A stretch of DNA of 58,195 nt from a virus (taxonomy: Duplodnaviria > Caudoviricetes), in the IMG/VR virus record IMGVR_UViG_3300032116_000229, positions 1 through 58,195 of that record; one strand, given 5' to 3'. The translations under genes and the position numbers were made by a program. The notes under the pieces were generated by a model. The model searched no databases, was not told the DNA's origin, and was given only the letters and a program-made list of their open reading frames with translations. Of this stretch, positions 26,832 to 36,283 are shown piece by piece (position 1 is the stretch's first letter; each line of letters begins with the position of its first letter).

Positions 26832-27889
26832 TAGAGGCTTACTCCAGCAGATTCTGAACCCAGGATTTTGGCGCACAGTGCGGCGAGGTCTTTGCCGCCT
26901 TTGAGTTCGGCATACTTGTCGACCATCGTCGCAATGTTGTCGATGCCAGAAGTTTCAGACCGCTTCGTAGTCATGGCAGTACGGGACAGGTTGGCGCAGC
27001 GCAGAAGAACACCAACTGCGCCAGAGTCTTTGAGGGCGGCGCGCATAGCGGCCTCCTCCCTGACGGTTGGACTCTCGGGAAGCGATACGCGGCAATAGTT
27101 GCCCTTCACCCACCCGACCAGTTCCTCGCGATACTTTTCCTCGAAGGCGGCAGGGGGCAGGTCCACAAACTTGGGTGCCTTGCTCTCGTGCCACTCGACC
27201 CGGTCCTCGTAGACCAAGCAGTAGCCCGCCTTCGAGCCGACATCCGACCAGGTCTGGTGGGTCAGCGCGCCGATAGAGTAGACGCCAGAACCCATGTCCT
27301 TGTGGTTGTGATAATGCCCGGAGAACACCCGCTTGAAGCCGAGTGAGGCAAGCATTGATGCCGTCAACCCATGATTGGGCAGGCTAAGAATGCCGTCGAC
27401 CGGGGCGTGGATGATGAGGTCACAATCGGCCCGGTCCTCCGTCTTGGCTGCAAGCAGCACCAGGTCGTCGTACAAGTCCTCGACCCTGGGGTACCAGTTG
27501 ACCAGGATGACATTGCCGACTCTCTTAGTGTCAACGGCAAAGATGACACCCATCATTGCCGTCGCAGCGGTCAGCCACTTCGTCTCGTTCGATTCCAGGT
27601 CGTGATTCCCGGCAATCGCATAGACATTGCCAAGCGTTGCCGTCTGCATCTTCTGATACAGCCGCCTCGTCGGGTTAACGACAGAAGGCACAAGCGAACC
27701 CCTGGTGTGGAACATATCCCCGGCGTGAAAGACCGTATCGCCGCCCTCACGGACAAGATGCTCAAAGGCAGCCCCTGTCTCGTCCAGGATGATTTGCAGC
27801 CGGCTGTTCACGCCATCTTCGTTGATGGTGCTGAACGCATCCCAAGCGTGGTAATGCGTGTCGGATAGCAGTAGATAGGGGTACTTCAT
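26831..27889 (-). CDS. sbcD: SbcD/Mre11-like nuclease
   Basis: SDTH, AGDMFH, GNHD and SGHYH motifs; adjacent to sbcC. Confidence 0.9.
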   Translation of the reverse strand: MKYPYLLLSDTHYHAWDAFSTINEDGVNSRLQIILDETGAAFEHLVREGGDTVFHAGDMFHTRGSLVPSVVNPTRRLYQKMQTATLGNVYAIAGNHDLESNETKWLTAATAMMGVIFAVDTKRVGNVILVNWYPRVEDLYDDLVLLAAKTEDRADCDLIIHAPVDGILSLPNHGLTASMLASLGFKRVFSGHYHNHKDMGSGVYSIGALTHQTWSDVGSKAGYCLVYEDRVEWHESKAPKFVDLPPAAFEEKYREELVGWVKGNYCRVSLPESPTVREEAAMRAALKDSGAVGVLLRCANLSRTAMTTKRSETSGIDNIATMVDKYAELKGGKDLAALCAKILGSESAGVSL

Positions 27890-27932
27890 GCCTTTGAATT
27901 CCAAGTGTTTTTAACCCGTGACTTAGTATATG

Positions 27933-28298
27933 TCACAGCGCAGAGCCTTTCATTGGCAGTTCATCGGTATTGAATCGGACAATGTAGAAGCCTGCACCAA
28001 TGTAGCCCTGTCGGAACAGGTCGTAGACGAAGAGCGGAATCGCGGACTCCGTAATCAGATTCATGGCCTTAGCCGTACGAAGATTTTCCAGCCTGCTATC
28101 AAAGTCCGGGTTCTCCTCGATGTTGCCTACAACCAGATAGCCAGAAGAAGGAACAAGCGCCTTCAACTCACGCGGGTTGAGGTTTGCGGCCCGAATCAGC
28201 TGCTCCTTCAAGCCGTAGAAGTTCTGCTCCTGAAGGCTTGGTGTTGTCTCCCAATCAAGGAGGACGGCGTCTTCGAGGGGCTGCTCAAACATCGTCAT
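27933..28298 (-). CDS. hypothetical protein
   Basis: ATGA overlap; GGAG RBS. Confidence 0.65.
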   Translation of the reverse strand: MTMFEQPLEDAVLLDWETTPSLQEQNFYGLKEQLIRAANLNPRELKALVPSSGYLVVGNIEENPDFDSRLENLRTAKAMNLITESAIPLFVYDLFRQGYIGAGFYIVRFNTDELPMKGSAL

Positions 28299-28666
28299 AG
28301 CCTTATCTCCTGCTCCGTCTCGACGAACAAGCCGAGCGGAATCATTCTGCTCATGGTCTTGCCGCGAGTGATTAACTTGGTCTGACTCGGGTTGAGGAAG
28401 TTCTCAATCCTGGTGACCCAAAAATGCCGACGACGGCGCAACTTGACCACAACATACTTGCAGCCAAGACTGCGCGCCTTCATCAGCGTAGGAATATCGA
28501 CAGACCAGCCAGCGTTCCCGCTGCGCTTAGCCTCCGAAATGGTAACTTTCCTGGCACGGTCAATTTCGGCGTGGCCCTTCAACGCAACATAAAGGGCCAC
28601 GCCGTTTTCCTGCCAGACGAAGAAGCCTAGTTTACGCTTCCCCTTCCAATTGACTGTCGTCCGCAT
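28295..28666 (-). CDS. basic hypothetical protein
   Basis: GAGGA RBS. Confidence 0.7.
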   Translation of the reverse strand: MRTTVNWKGKRKLGFFVWQENGVALYVALKGHAEIDRARKVTISEAKRSGNAGWSVDIPTLMKARSLGCKYVVVKLRRRRHFWVTRIENFLNPSQTKLITRGKTMSRMIPLGLFVETEQEIRL

Positions 28667-29243
28667 TGAGATTCCTCAAGTAGATGACAGTCACCTCAGA
28701 AGATTCGTCCACCTCGACCATCCCGTAACTCTGCCTAATCAACTTCCGCATCTTTTCAGCCGCTTCATCCGGGTTCAGATGCAGCATGGCATGGTTGTAT
28801 TGGGCGTGCTCCTCGCACATTTCGGCGAGCGGCCCCGTCACAACATCCACAACTTCTGCCTTTGCAAAGATGGCATTGGTGCTTGTGTCGACCAACGCCG
28901 CTTTTACACCAGGCCCTATCCTGTAGTACCACGCCGTCCCGAGCCTGAAGGTGTTGAAATCATCTTCAAACCCACGGAGGGGTGGCCTAAATGTCAGTAA
29001 GGGTTGAAAATCCGGACAAGTCCTAATCAGCAGTTTTACGCCTTCTTGGCTGTTCTCCAGGAGTCTGGCCCTGGTGATACAAGCCGAATATCCCGCCGTG
29101 GCATTTCTGAATCCGCAATGGTCGCAGAGAACTTTGCCACGAGCCTCTTCCAGCTTGGTCTCCAGTGTGTACACGAGCCTATCGTTAGGCCCTGGAATCC
29201 GCTTAAGTGACCGCATATTCGTTTTCAGTTCACCTTCTTTCAT
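28632..29243 (-). CDS. Zn-ribbon plus possible ASCH/PUA-like domain protein
   Basis: CDHC...C...C; NTFRLG...AEVVDV...LAEMCEEHA resembles the ASCH pattern (inference). Confidence 0.55.
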   Translation of the reverse strand: MKEGELKTNMRSLKRIPGPNDRLVYTLETKLEEARGKVLCDHCGFRNATAGYSACITRARLLENSQEGVKLLIRTCPDFQPLLTFRPPLRGFEDDFNTFRLGTAWYYRIGPGVKAALVDTSTNAIFAKAEVVDVVTGPLAEMCEEHAQYNHAMLHLNPDEAAEKMRKLIRQSYGMVEVDESSEVTVIYLRNLNADDSQLEGEA

Positions 29244-29300
29244 CTGTCACCATGTAGTGAGTTGCCCGACTACATGGTGACAGACGATACCGATGGACTA

Positions 29301-30284
29301 CTAGTGAAGGAGCGCAATCAGTTTGTCGGCGAAATTGTTTTCGTCGATGTAGGCAATCAACTGACTGCGAAAGTACGACTTGCCATCAAAAGTGATGCGC
29401 GGCCCCTTCTGCTCCAACTTGCCTGTCTCCACAAGATGGTCGATAAGGCTGCCGGTTACATCAAACTTGCCAAACGACTCCTCGAAAAGAAAATCCCACT
29501 CCGTCTTCTGGAAGGGCCGAGTCAGTTTGGTCTTGATGACCTCTGCCGTAATGCGCTGACCGAGACGCTCCTTGTCTGAATCAACCAGCGCCTTAGCCGA
29601 CAACTTGATGCGGACCGAAGCGTAGAAGCCGGGGGCCTTACCGCCAGGTGTGCGGGTCGGGTCGCCGTAAGCCACGCCAGGGTTCTCGCGGGTCTGGTTC
29701 AAAATCAGAATCAAGGTGTTGTACTTCTCGGCGTACTGATTGACCGCAGGCATGACCGACGAGGTCGCCTTCGCAAGCGCAAGCGAGTCTGCCATCGTCA
29801 GTTCGGTCAGCTCCTTCTCGCTCTTGGTGCGGGGAATCATCGCGGCAAGAGAATCGAACACCGCAATGATTGGCGCGTTCTCATCAATCAGGCCGTCCTC
29901 TCGAATCTTCGCCGCAGTCTTCAGGGCGCGGGTGAAGGACTCTTCGAGCGTCTCCGGCTTGGTATGAGCGAAGGTGCCAGATTCCACATCCAGCCCCAGG
30001 TGCGCAGCCAGGTTCACATCGAACGACCGCTCGTGGTCGAAGAACATGGCGAAGCCATTGTGCTGCTGCGCCGAAATCATCGCCTTAGTGGCGATAGCAG
30101 TCTTGCCGCACGAGGGTGGCCCGAACATTTCCACAATTCGTCCACAGGGCATACCCTTACCGTAATCTCCCGAAATTGCCTTATTCAGCGGCGGGAAGCC
30201 GGTATCAAGGAAGTGCGTCACCTCGAAACTGCTTGCGGCAGTTTCACCGAGGGTACCAATTAGGCTGTCAATCAACTTAGTCAT
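29301..30284 (-). CDS. recA: RecA/UvsX-like recombinase
   Basis: GPPSCGKT, DHERSFD, DSLAAM, NQTR and TPGGKAPGFYASVR. Confidence 0.93.
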   Translation of the reverse strand: MTKLIDSLIGTLGETAASSFEVTHFLDTGFPPLNKAISGDYGKGMPCGRIVEMFGPPSCGKTAIATKAMISAQQHNGFAMFFDHERSFDVNLAAHLGLDVESGTFAHTKPETLEESFTRALKTAAKIREDGLIDENAPIIAVFDSLAAMIPRTKSEKELTELTMADSLALAKATSSVMPAVNQYAEKYNTLILILNQTRENPGVAYGDPTRTPGGKAPGFYASVRIKLSAKALVDSDKERLGQRITAEVIKTKLTRPFQKTEWDFLFEESFGKFDVTGSLIDHLVETGKLEQKGPRITFDGKSYFRSQLIAYIDENNFADKLIALLH

Positions 30285-31192
30285 TTGTGCCTCAGAGCAA
30301 AAGGTTGAATCCAGTTATCGAAGTCGGACAAGATTGAGTGAAACGCCAACTCTTCGGCAATCACGCGAACCGTATCCGGGTTGTACTCTCCTTTAGTGAC
30401 CTGGCGCTCTTGAACGCCTGGCAGCGGCCATTGCGTAAGGCTCATCAGTTTTCTGTTGAGCCGATAACGGTCAAGCCGCCCATCTTCGTTGTTGATTAGC
30501 CGCGCCCAAGGCGTTGGTATGTCGCCCAACTTGCCTTCGTCTTTAAGCCGCAGCATCTGCTCGACCGTCCCGTAAGCCGCAAGCAGTTTCCTGGCATTCA
30601 CATCGCCGATACCACCGACGCCTTTAACATTGTCTGAGGTATCGCCAACGAGACACTTGTGCTGGAGAATCTGCTCGGGGTTCCGAAAATCCGTCTGCTC
30701 CGAGAAGTTGCTCGCCGTTATGATTCGGTCACGAATCGGGTCGTGCCAAGTAATAAGCGGCGTCACAAGTTGCAGCCAGTCTTTGTCTGCGGTGATAAGG
30801 CGAACAGATTTGCCTTTCTGCGCGAATAACCTGGCGTAAGCAGAGGCAAGGTCGTCCGCTTCGCAGATGGGCGACCGCATTTGGTCTACACCCAACGCAC
30901 GAACCAGCCGCTCGATGTATGGACGCTGGGCTTTGTAGGCCTCGCGCATCGCCAACATCTTGGGGTTTGCCTCTCGGTTAGCCTTGTAGTCGGGGTACAG
31001 GTCAATGCGCCACTGCGCCCGACCGTCCCAAAGCATTGCCTTGTAGACGGACGGATGCTGAACAGTCATGGCCCTCAGAGTTCTGGCGATGCCAAAAATC
31101 GCCTGAGTCTGGAAGGATCCGACGCTCAGTTTCTGACCAGTGTGACAAGCAAAGCCAACGGCGTTGCCATCAATCAGGAAGATGTTTGCCAT
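30281..31192 (-). CDS. 5'-3' exonuclease / flap endonuclease
   Basis: LIDGN, YKANR, EADD, TADKD and GDTSDNVKGVGGIG. Confidence 0.92.
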   Translation of the reverse strand: MANIFLIDGNAVGFACHTGQKLSVGSFQTQAIFGIARTLRAMTVQHPSVYKAMLWDGRAQWRIDLYPDYKANREANPKMLAMREAYKAQRPYIERLVRALGVDQMRSPICEADDLASAYARLFAQKGKSVRLITADKDWLQLVTPLITWHDPIRDRIITASNFSEQTDFRNPEQILQHKCLVGDTSDNVKGVGGIGDVNARKLLAAYGTVEQMLRLKDEGKLGDIPTPWARLINNEDGRLDRYRLNRKLMSLTQWPLPGVQERQVTKGEYNPDTVRVIAEELAFHSILSDFDNWIQPFALRHK

Positions 31193-31200
31193 AGGTCCAG

Positions 31201-31249
31201 AAAGAAAATGGGCCGGGACTGGCGGAGGTGTGTGTACCAGTCCCGGCCC
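31201..31249 (-). terminator. terminator after SSB gene
   Basis: 13-bp stem GGGCCGGGACTGG/CCAGTCCCGGCCC then ATTTTCTTT. Confidence 0.7.
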
Positions 31250-31264
31250 GTTGATTAGCCGAAC

Positions 31265-32101
31265 TTACTCGTCGAGTCCGTCAAGACCCGACAAATCGAC
31301 TTCCGACAAATCAACATCCAAAGCATCGTCGTCCGTACGCGAGACAGCCGCCGAAGCAGTCGCCTTGCCCGTCACTCGCGGCGGGGTAGCGGCTGCACCG
31401 CTACTAACCGCACGCGGGAGCATCGGGGTAGAAGCCGACGACAGACTGCCGATAGCAGCGATAGCCTTCGTCTTGGCTTCCTCGTACTCCTGCTGGACAT
31501 AGTCCGACAGGTTGGCCGCCTTCGTCATGTAGGACTTGTCGATGGGCGACGAACGGGGCGCCAGCATGGCCTTGTACTTGGTCTTGAGGCCAGTACCTTC
31601 GCGGTTGAAAAGAATATCGTAGCCTTCGTCCATGCTGAAGATATTGATTCCATCCGACGCGTACTGCGCCGCGAGGCTAATCACATCATCGAACGGGCCA
31701 GAAGGCAGCTCGAGGATAGAGACTTCGCTGGCGTAGCCCTTGTCAGTGCGCTGAACGGCGTTGACGAGATAACGCTGCGCCGCTTTTGCGCCCTTGAGGA
31801 GATTCTTCGCATTCTCGTCCGTAGTCGAGAGTTCCGCCTTCGTGATGGCGTCACAGACCGGGCAACCATCGCCGAAGGTCTTGGCGGTGCAGATGTAGAC
31901 CGCCTGCACCTCGCCAGAAAAGTCCTTGACGAAATGCTTGCCGTAATCGTGGGAAGGAAGACCCGCGTTCTCGTCACCCGACCAGTGCGGCAGGATGCGC
32001 CAACGGGAGTTGCCGTTAGGAATTTTCACCGTGTTGTCACGGGACTTCTTGGCCGACAGTTCCTTCTGCTTAGACTTCAGCATTTCCAACAGGTTTGACA
32101 T
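31265..32101 (-). CDS. gp32-like single-stranded DNA-binding protein
   Basis: RILP, H...C...CPVC Zn site, EGYDI, G.KTKY, acidic C-tail. Confidence 0.8.
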   Translation of the reverse strand: MSNLLEMLKSKQKELSAKKSRDNTVKIPNGNSRWRILPHWSGDENAGLPSHDYGKHFVKDFSGEVQAVYICTAKTFGDGCPVCDAITKAELSTTDENAKNLLKGAKAAQRYLVNAVQRTDKGYASEVSILELPSGPFDDVISLAAQYASDGINIFSMDEGYDILFNREGTGLKTKYKAMLAPRSSPIDKSYMTKAANLSDYVQQEYEEAKTKAIAAIGSLSSASTPMLPRAVSSGAAATPPRVTGKATASAAVSRTDDDALDVDLSEVDLSGLDGLDE

Positions 32102-32145
32102 GACAGACTCCAGATAAATGATAGAACAGACAACTAGAGTATAAC

Positions 32146-32682
32146 TCACCGCTTACTTTTTTTCATTGGTATGTTAGCGGAAATTTTCGGGGCGGGCGGC
32201 GGGTCAATCGTGGCGACCATTGTTTTACGGCACTTTATTGACCCGCAGAAGCACCGATACCTTCTGCGAATGGTCTCCTTGCTGGCGCGCTCACCGCTGA
32301 TATGCAGGGCATAGTCAAAGGTAAGCTCCTCTCCGGCACGAATGGCTTTGGTGGCGATAATGAATACCCTGCCTTTCGACACCTCTGCGTAGCAGTTGCC
32401 ATCGCAGGAATGATTCAGAAACCTGGCAGCGTTGCCGTTCTTCCCGCCATCTATCGTATGACGGGACGACACCTGGAACATGAAGGTATGGTCTGCGGCG
32501 ACGGAACTGCCCTTTTCGGACTCCCGTCTATCCGCCTCCCGATTCGTTATCCGCTCGCCTAGATATTCGATAATGCAAGTACCTTCGGCAATTGGCTTTT
32601 TGGCAAACAGGCCGTAGCCGTGTATGCGCGAACCCTTAACTCCCACTAACCTCGAAGTCTTGACTCCTTCCAGCCTAGTCAT
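32146..32682 (-). CDS. SET-domain protein-lysine methyltransferase with post-SET
   Basis: SRIHGYGLFA, EYLGE, RFLNHSCDGN, GEELTFDY and CFCGSIKC. Confidence 0.92.
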   Translation of the reverse strand: MTRLEGVKTSRLVGVKGSRIHGYGLFAKKPIAEGTCIIEYLGERITNREADRRESEKGSSVAADHTFMFQVSSRHTIDGGKNGNAARFLNHSCDGNCYAEVSKGRVFIIATKAIRAGEELTFDYALHISGERASKETIRRRYRCFCGSIKCRKTMVATIDPPPAPKISANIPMKKSKR

Positions 32683-32801
32683 GCCTTCCTCCAGTACGAC
32701 CATGCGCGGCCCACCATCTTCCTAAATAGACTTGGATTGCCGAAACCGCCTTCAGCATAGAAGGTTTGTCTGGCTATTCGCGTTCTGTTGATGGAACTCA
32801 T
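32679..32801 (-). CDS. 40-aa basic peptide (array)
   Basis: ATGA overlaps at both ends. Confidence 0.6.
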   Translation of the reverse strand: MSSINRTRIARQTFYAEGGFGNPSLFRKMVGRAWSYWRKA

Positions 32802-33022
32802 TTCTGCGCCAAGGCTTGGGCAATGCGTAAAAACAGGCTCTCGGCTATGGGGTGATGCGTTGGCAGGTACTCCCTCGCCTCCTGTAGCAGCCCCCGCAGC
32901 CGCTCGATCTCGGCGTGTTGGCGGCGGAGTTCGGCGGCGGCTTCCGTCTCCACACAACTAAAACCGCGATACTCGGCATACAAATTATCCGCCAACCTCA
33001 AAGCCACGGGCTTCTCGTTCAT
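32798..33022 (-). CDS. hypothetical (array; ALRLAD...AAAELRRQHAEIERLR)
   Basis: starts in GGAGACAAGACATGA junction. Confidence 0.75.
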   Translation of the reverse strand: MNEKPVALRLADNLYAEYRGFSCVETEAAAELRRQHAEIERLRGLLQEAREYLPTHHPIAESLFLRIAQALAQK

Positions 33023-33711
33023 GTCTTGTCTCCCATCGCCGCGTCGATGGCGGCTGTTCTCATCGGCGTGCAAGAAAGGTCTGCATCGACCGCAACTGGA
33101 ATGGCCACATACGCTTCGTGCTCATGCCGTATCCACCGGGCGTTTTCCACGCCCCACCTGTACCGCTCGGCCTCCCGCCGCAGGGCCGCAACATGACCAA
33201 CAGCACCGCCATTGGTACGAGAGCCGGACGCACGAACCAACGAGTTCCAGTCGCTCAACACCGCAGCAAGTTCTTGCCGCAGGGCATCGATATCCTCGCT
33301 CGGCGCGGCTGTGGGTGGGGCGAACCAGTACGGCAGGACTTCAATCGGTGGCGCTCCGTTTATCGTGCTGCCGCCGTTAAACCTCAACACGCCATCGTTG
33401 TAGCGATACGCATACCCACTCGGCTCCGGGCGCGGCGCGGCTGCGGGTGGGGCGGCGTAGAGCGGCTGTGCGTTTTTGTCTTTGAACTGCGCCACCTGCT
33501 TGCTTGTCGTGACTTGATAATTGTCATGCCAGCAGTTTCCGTCAAACGACGGTTCGTCTTTGTATTGCCACGCCACCGGCTCCGGCTCCGGCGCGGCGAG
33601 GCGGTCGCGGAGGGCTTCGATAGCGCCAACGACCTTATGCCGGTCTGCGGATATCGGGCGTGAAACCATCAACGCCTCCAACGCCAACTTCATCGCTTCA
33701 CGGTCGCTCAT
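33019..33711 (-). CDS. modular hypothetical (array; Ead/Ea22-like PEPVAW / YAAPP modules)
   Basis: LAAPEPEPVAW, PLYAAPPAAAP, APPTAAP, EAERYRW and AAIDAAM modules. Confidence 0.8.
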   Translation of the reverse strand: MSDREAMKLALEALMVSRPISADRHKVVGAIEALRDRLAAPEPEPVAWQYKDEPSFDGNCWHDNYQVTTSKQVAQFKDKNAQPLYAAPPAAAPRPEPSGYAYRYNDGVLRFNGGSTINGAPPIEVLPYWFAPPTAAPSEDIDALRQELAAVLSDWNSLVRASGSRTNGGAVGHVAALRREAERYRWGVENARWIRHEHEAYVAIPVAVDADLSCTPMRTAAIDAAMGDKT

Positions 33712-34022
33712 TTCATGTTCCTCCCGATCTCTGCCGCAGCAAGGAAGATGGCTCGGCGGGTGGCGGCGTCGGGGTCGGTGCCGTAATCTTCGTACACCTC
33801 AACCGTTTCTTCGTGGTTGAATACATAAACTTCGCGGCTAGTTATCAACTGCGCTACGGTCAGCCCCAACTTCACCGCCAACCGCAGCGCATCGCCGTCG
33901 TCGTCGCGGGGGTTCCAGTACCCCCGGCCATCGTGGATGCACTTCGTCCCGTCCTCGCGGGTTGCGTGGTAATCAATCCCCGCCGCCTTCGCTGCGAGTC
34001 CAAGCAGTTCACGGTCGCTCAT
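33708..34022 (-). CDS. hypothetical (array; WNPRDDDGDALRLAV family)
   Basis: MSDRELLGLAAKAAG...ATRRAIFLAAAEIG. Confidence 0.8.
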   Translation of the reverse strand: MSDRELLGLAAKAAGIDYHATREDGTKCIHDGRGYWNPRDDDGDALRLAVKLGLTVAQLITSREVYVFNHEETVEVYEDYGTDPDAATRRAIFLAAAEIGRNMK

Positions 34023-34222
34023 GTCTTGTCCTCCAATTCAATGCGAATCCGCGCTATCAAATCTTTGTGGGTCTTGGTGTCACCGAACATGACACTTGCC
34101 TGCATTTCTTTCAGGCACTCTTTCAACACCCGTTGCAGCCGGTGATTGCGCGCTTTTCGCTCTCGATACTGCCGCAGCCAATCGAACACGGTGTCTGCCT
34201 CCGGCTTGGTCAGGTCGCTCAC
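34019..34222 (-). CDS. hypothetical (array)
   Basis: junction overlaps at both ends. Confidence 0.7.
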   Translation of the reverse strand: MSDLTKPEADTVFDWLRQYRERKARNHRLQRVLKECLKEMQASVMFGDTKTHKDLIARIRIELEDKT

Positions 34223-34419
34223 GGCTGCACCTCCCCGCGTGAGCGAATGGCGTCGGCGTAATGCTCTGGTAAATCGTCAACGCTTCCTTCGGTTTCGCAC
34301 ACCTTCGCACACGCCTCACGCTCCTCTGCAATCAATTCGAGGATGCAGTCCATCACACGCCGCGAGACAAAGTCGCGGGTGCGTTCGTAAATGACTTGTT
34401 CAAGTTCCTCGCGGTTCAT
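34219..34419 (-). CDS. EREACA-family small protein (array)
   Basis: MNRE...EREACAKVCE...AIRSRGEVQP. Confidence 0.75.
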   Translation of the reverse strand: MNREELEQVIYERTRDFVSRRVMDCILELIAEEREACAKVCETEGSVDDLPEHYADAIRSRGEVQP

Positions 34420-35048
34420 CGCGGCGGCTCCTGTCTCCGCAGCGTGGCGGAGACGAATCTGTGGAAAGCGGCTTCTAGTGATTTGTCTGGCTCGGAAAGG
34501 GGAACGGGCATGGAGATTTTCAACTCCCAATTCTGCACCGCTTCATCAGCGTCGGAATGTATGTGCTTGTCAGCCCACTCCGCACCATTCATCGCACGGC
34601 AAAGCACTCTCAACAGCGCATCTCCTTGTGCCGCCAGCCGCTCGTTGTCGGTTTTGAGTGCGTCACGCTTGCCAATAAGTTCGGCGTAATCTTCGTTCTT
34701 GACATATACATATCCAACAAAAGACTTCTTCCAATTCCGCACTTCCTCCCGCAGCCGCTCGGCATCCCGCCGCAGTGCTTCAACATCGTCCGGCGCGGCT
34801 GCGGGTGGGGCGGTGTAGAGGAATTGTCCATCTTCAAGCATTGGCGAACGGGGCAACAGCACAGGCTGCCCCATCCGCTCGTCAAACATCGCCACCGGCT
34901 CCGGGCGCGGCGCGGCGAGGGCGGCGCGAAAGTGTTCAATAAGCGGGTCTGCTGTCCAAAGCCCTGCGTGTTTGCTCGCGACCTCAGCCACTCGCAACGC
35001 CCGTTCCACCAACTCGCGCGGCAGCGTGATTGTGTCTTTGTCGCTCAT
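34416..35048 (-). CDS. modular hypothetical (array)
   Basis: ITLPRELVE, LAAPRPEPVA, LYTAPPAAAP and LRRDAERL modules. Confidence 0.75.
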   Translation of the reverse strand: MSDKDTITLPRELVERALRVAEVASKHAGLWTADPLIEHFRAALAAPRPEPVAMFDERMGQPVLLPRSPMLEDGQFLYTAPPAAAPDDVEALRRDAERLREEVRNWKKSFVGYVYVKNEDYAELIGKRDALKTDNERLAAQGDALLRVLCRAMNGAEWADKHIHSDADEAVQNWELKISMPVPLSEPDKSLEAAFHRFVSATLRRQEPPR

Positions 35049-35422
35049 GTCTTGTCTCCTCGTGGAAGATTTGCCACCCAACATTCTTCAATGTCCTCCT
35101 CGATTCCCGGTATCTGGCAGTACGCTTCCCAATACCCCACGGCAATCTCTCTGGCGCGGTGCTTGTTCACGCCTTCGCGCATCAGGGTTGCAGTCAGTCC
35201 ATCCACCCACCATGCGGGGGTTTTGCTCTCCGGTTGCGGCGCGGCGAGGGCGGCGCGGAGGGCGGTGATGGCTTCGCTAACTTTCTCCGGCAGCAGGTTT
35301 AGCGGCCATTCAGCAGCAGTGCTGCTGTAGTCCGTGAGCTGGTCAGCGTAGGGTTCTACCATTTCCAGCATCTTCAACAACTGCTCCATCACCTCGCGGG
35401 ACAGCGTGATGTTGCCGGTCAT
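35045..35422 (-). CDS. modular hypothetical (array)
   Basis: ITLSREVME, AITALRAALAAPQPE and RGDKT* modules. Confidence 0.75.
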   Translation of the reverse strand: MTGNITLSREVMEQLLKMLEMVEPYADQLTDYSSTAAEWPLNLLPEKVSEAITALRAALAAPQPESKTPAWWVDGLTATLMREGVNKHRAREIAVGYWEAYCQIPGIEEDIEECWVANLPRGDKT

Positions 35423-35574
35423 GGCTTAACCTCCCTCAGTTTCTTGGTTCCTTGCAGAATGCAGATTGACCGAGCCTTCTTTGCAAAATTGCTGTGGCGC
35501 GTGCACCAGTCCTCGTGTTTCGTACCGCGCTTCCCGATGTTGTGGTACACGCAGCCTTTGCAGTGCTTGGTCAT
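35419..35574 (-). CDS. small Cys-rich protein (array)
   Basis: CKGCVYH...WC...C; ends REVKP*. Confidence 0.65.
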   Translation of the reverse strand: MTKHCKGCVYHNIGKRGTKHEDWCTRHSNFAKKARSICILQGTKKLREVKP

Positions 35575-35771
35575 CGCTTCTTCCACCACCACAAAATCAG
35601 CGGGACGGGCCATGCCGTCAGTGCTAGCGGCTGTGCAAACCAGGCAATCTGCCTCGGGCATGAGCGATACCATGCAAGCAAGGTTTGCCTTTCGTCGTCT
35701 ACTGTCGCCCAAACGGCAGCACCAAGCATGGCGTTAGCAATAAACCCAAGCAATAAATAGGCAGTAGTCAT
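35571..35771 (-). CDS. small membrane protein (array)
   Basis: two hydrophobic segments; ATGA overlaps. Confidence 0.65.
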   Translation of the reverse strand: MTTAYLLLGFIANAMLGAAVWATVDDERQTLLAWYRSCPRQIAWFAQPLALTAWPVPLILWWWKKR

Positions 35772-35941
35772 CCGAACACCGCTTTAATCCAGAGCATGGC
35801 AAGCGGTGGGAGCCACCAGACGGCAACCCACACAGCGCCGACAATGCGAGTCGCCTTGTGCTTGCCCTCAAAGTAAAGAGGAAAGCCAAACATCCCGGCT
35901 AATGGCATCAGCATCAACGCAATAACCTGCTCGTCGTTCAT
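35768..35941 (-). CDS. small membrane protein (array)
   Basis: two TM-like segments; starts in AAGCCATGA junction. Confidence 0.65.
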   Translation of the reverse strand: MNDEQVIALMLMPLAGMFGFPLYFEGKHKATRIVGAVWVAVWWLPPLAMLWIKAVFG

Positions 35942-36078
35942 GGCTTTATTTCCTTGTCGAGTTCCGCGATGAGGGCATTCACAAAATCTGTCCGCGTCCA
36001 ACCCAATTGTTTGAGTCGTTTAGCCTCTTTCTCGGCTTCTTCTTGCAAGGCTTTGACTGTTTCGGGCTTCTCACTCAC
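35938..36078 (-). CDS. small hypothetical (array)
   Basis: GTG start in GAAGCCGTGA; ends EIKP*. Confidence 0.65.
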   Translation of the reverse strand: MSEKPETVKALQEEAEKEAKRLKQLGWTRTDFVNALIAELDKEIKP

Positions 36079-36082
36079 GGCT

Positions 36083-36283
36083 TCACAACCCTCGCTTGCG
36101 GATAGCGGATGAATAGGTTGAAGCCGGGGCACGGAGTTCTACAAGCCTGTCTACTAGCCTGGCACACGATTCACGCTCATGGGCGATACAGGACCGACAG
36201 TGCGCCTCTATGTGCTCGGCAATTAAGTCGACTTGCCAAGCTTGGATTTCCGGGCAAAGTCCTGCAATCCAATCGCGGCTCAC
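36083..36283 (-). CDS. EREACA-family small protein (array)
   Basis: AHERESCA...AIRKRG. Confidence 0.7.
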   Translation of the reverse strand: MSRDWIAGLCPEIQAWQVDLIAEHIEAHCRSCIAHERESCARLVDRLVELRAPASTYSSAIRKRGL

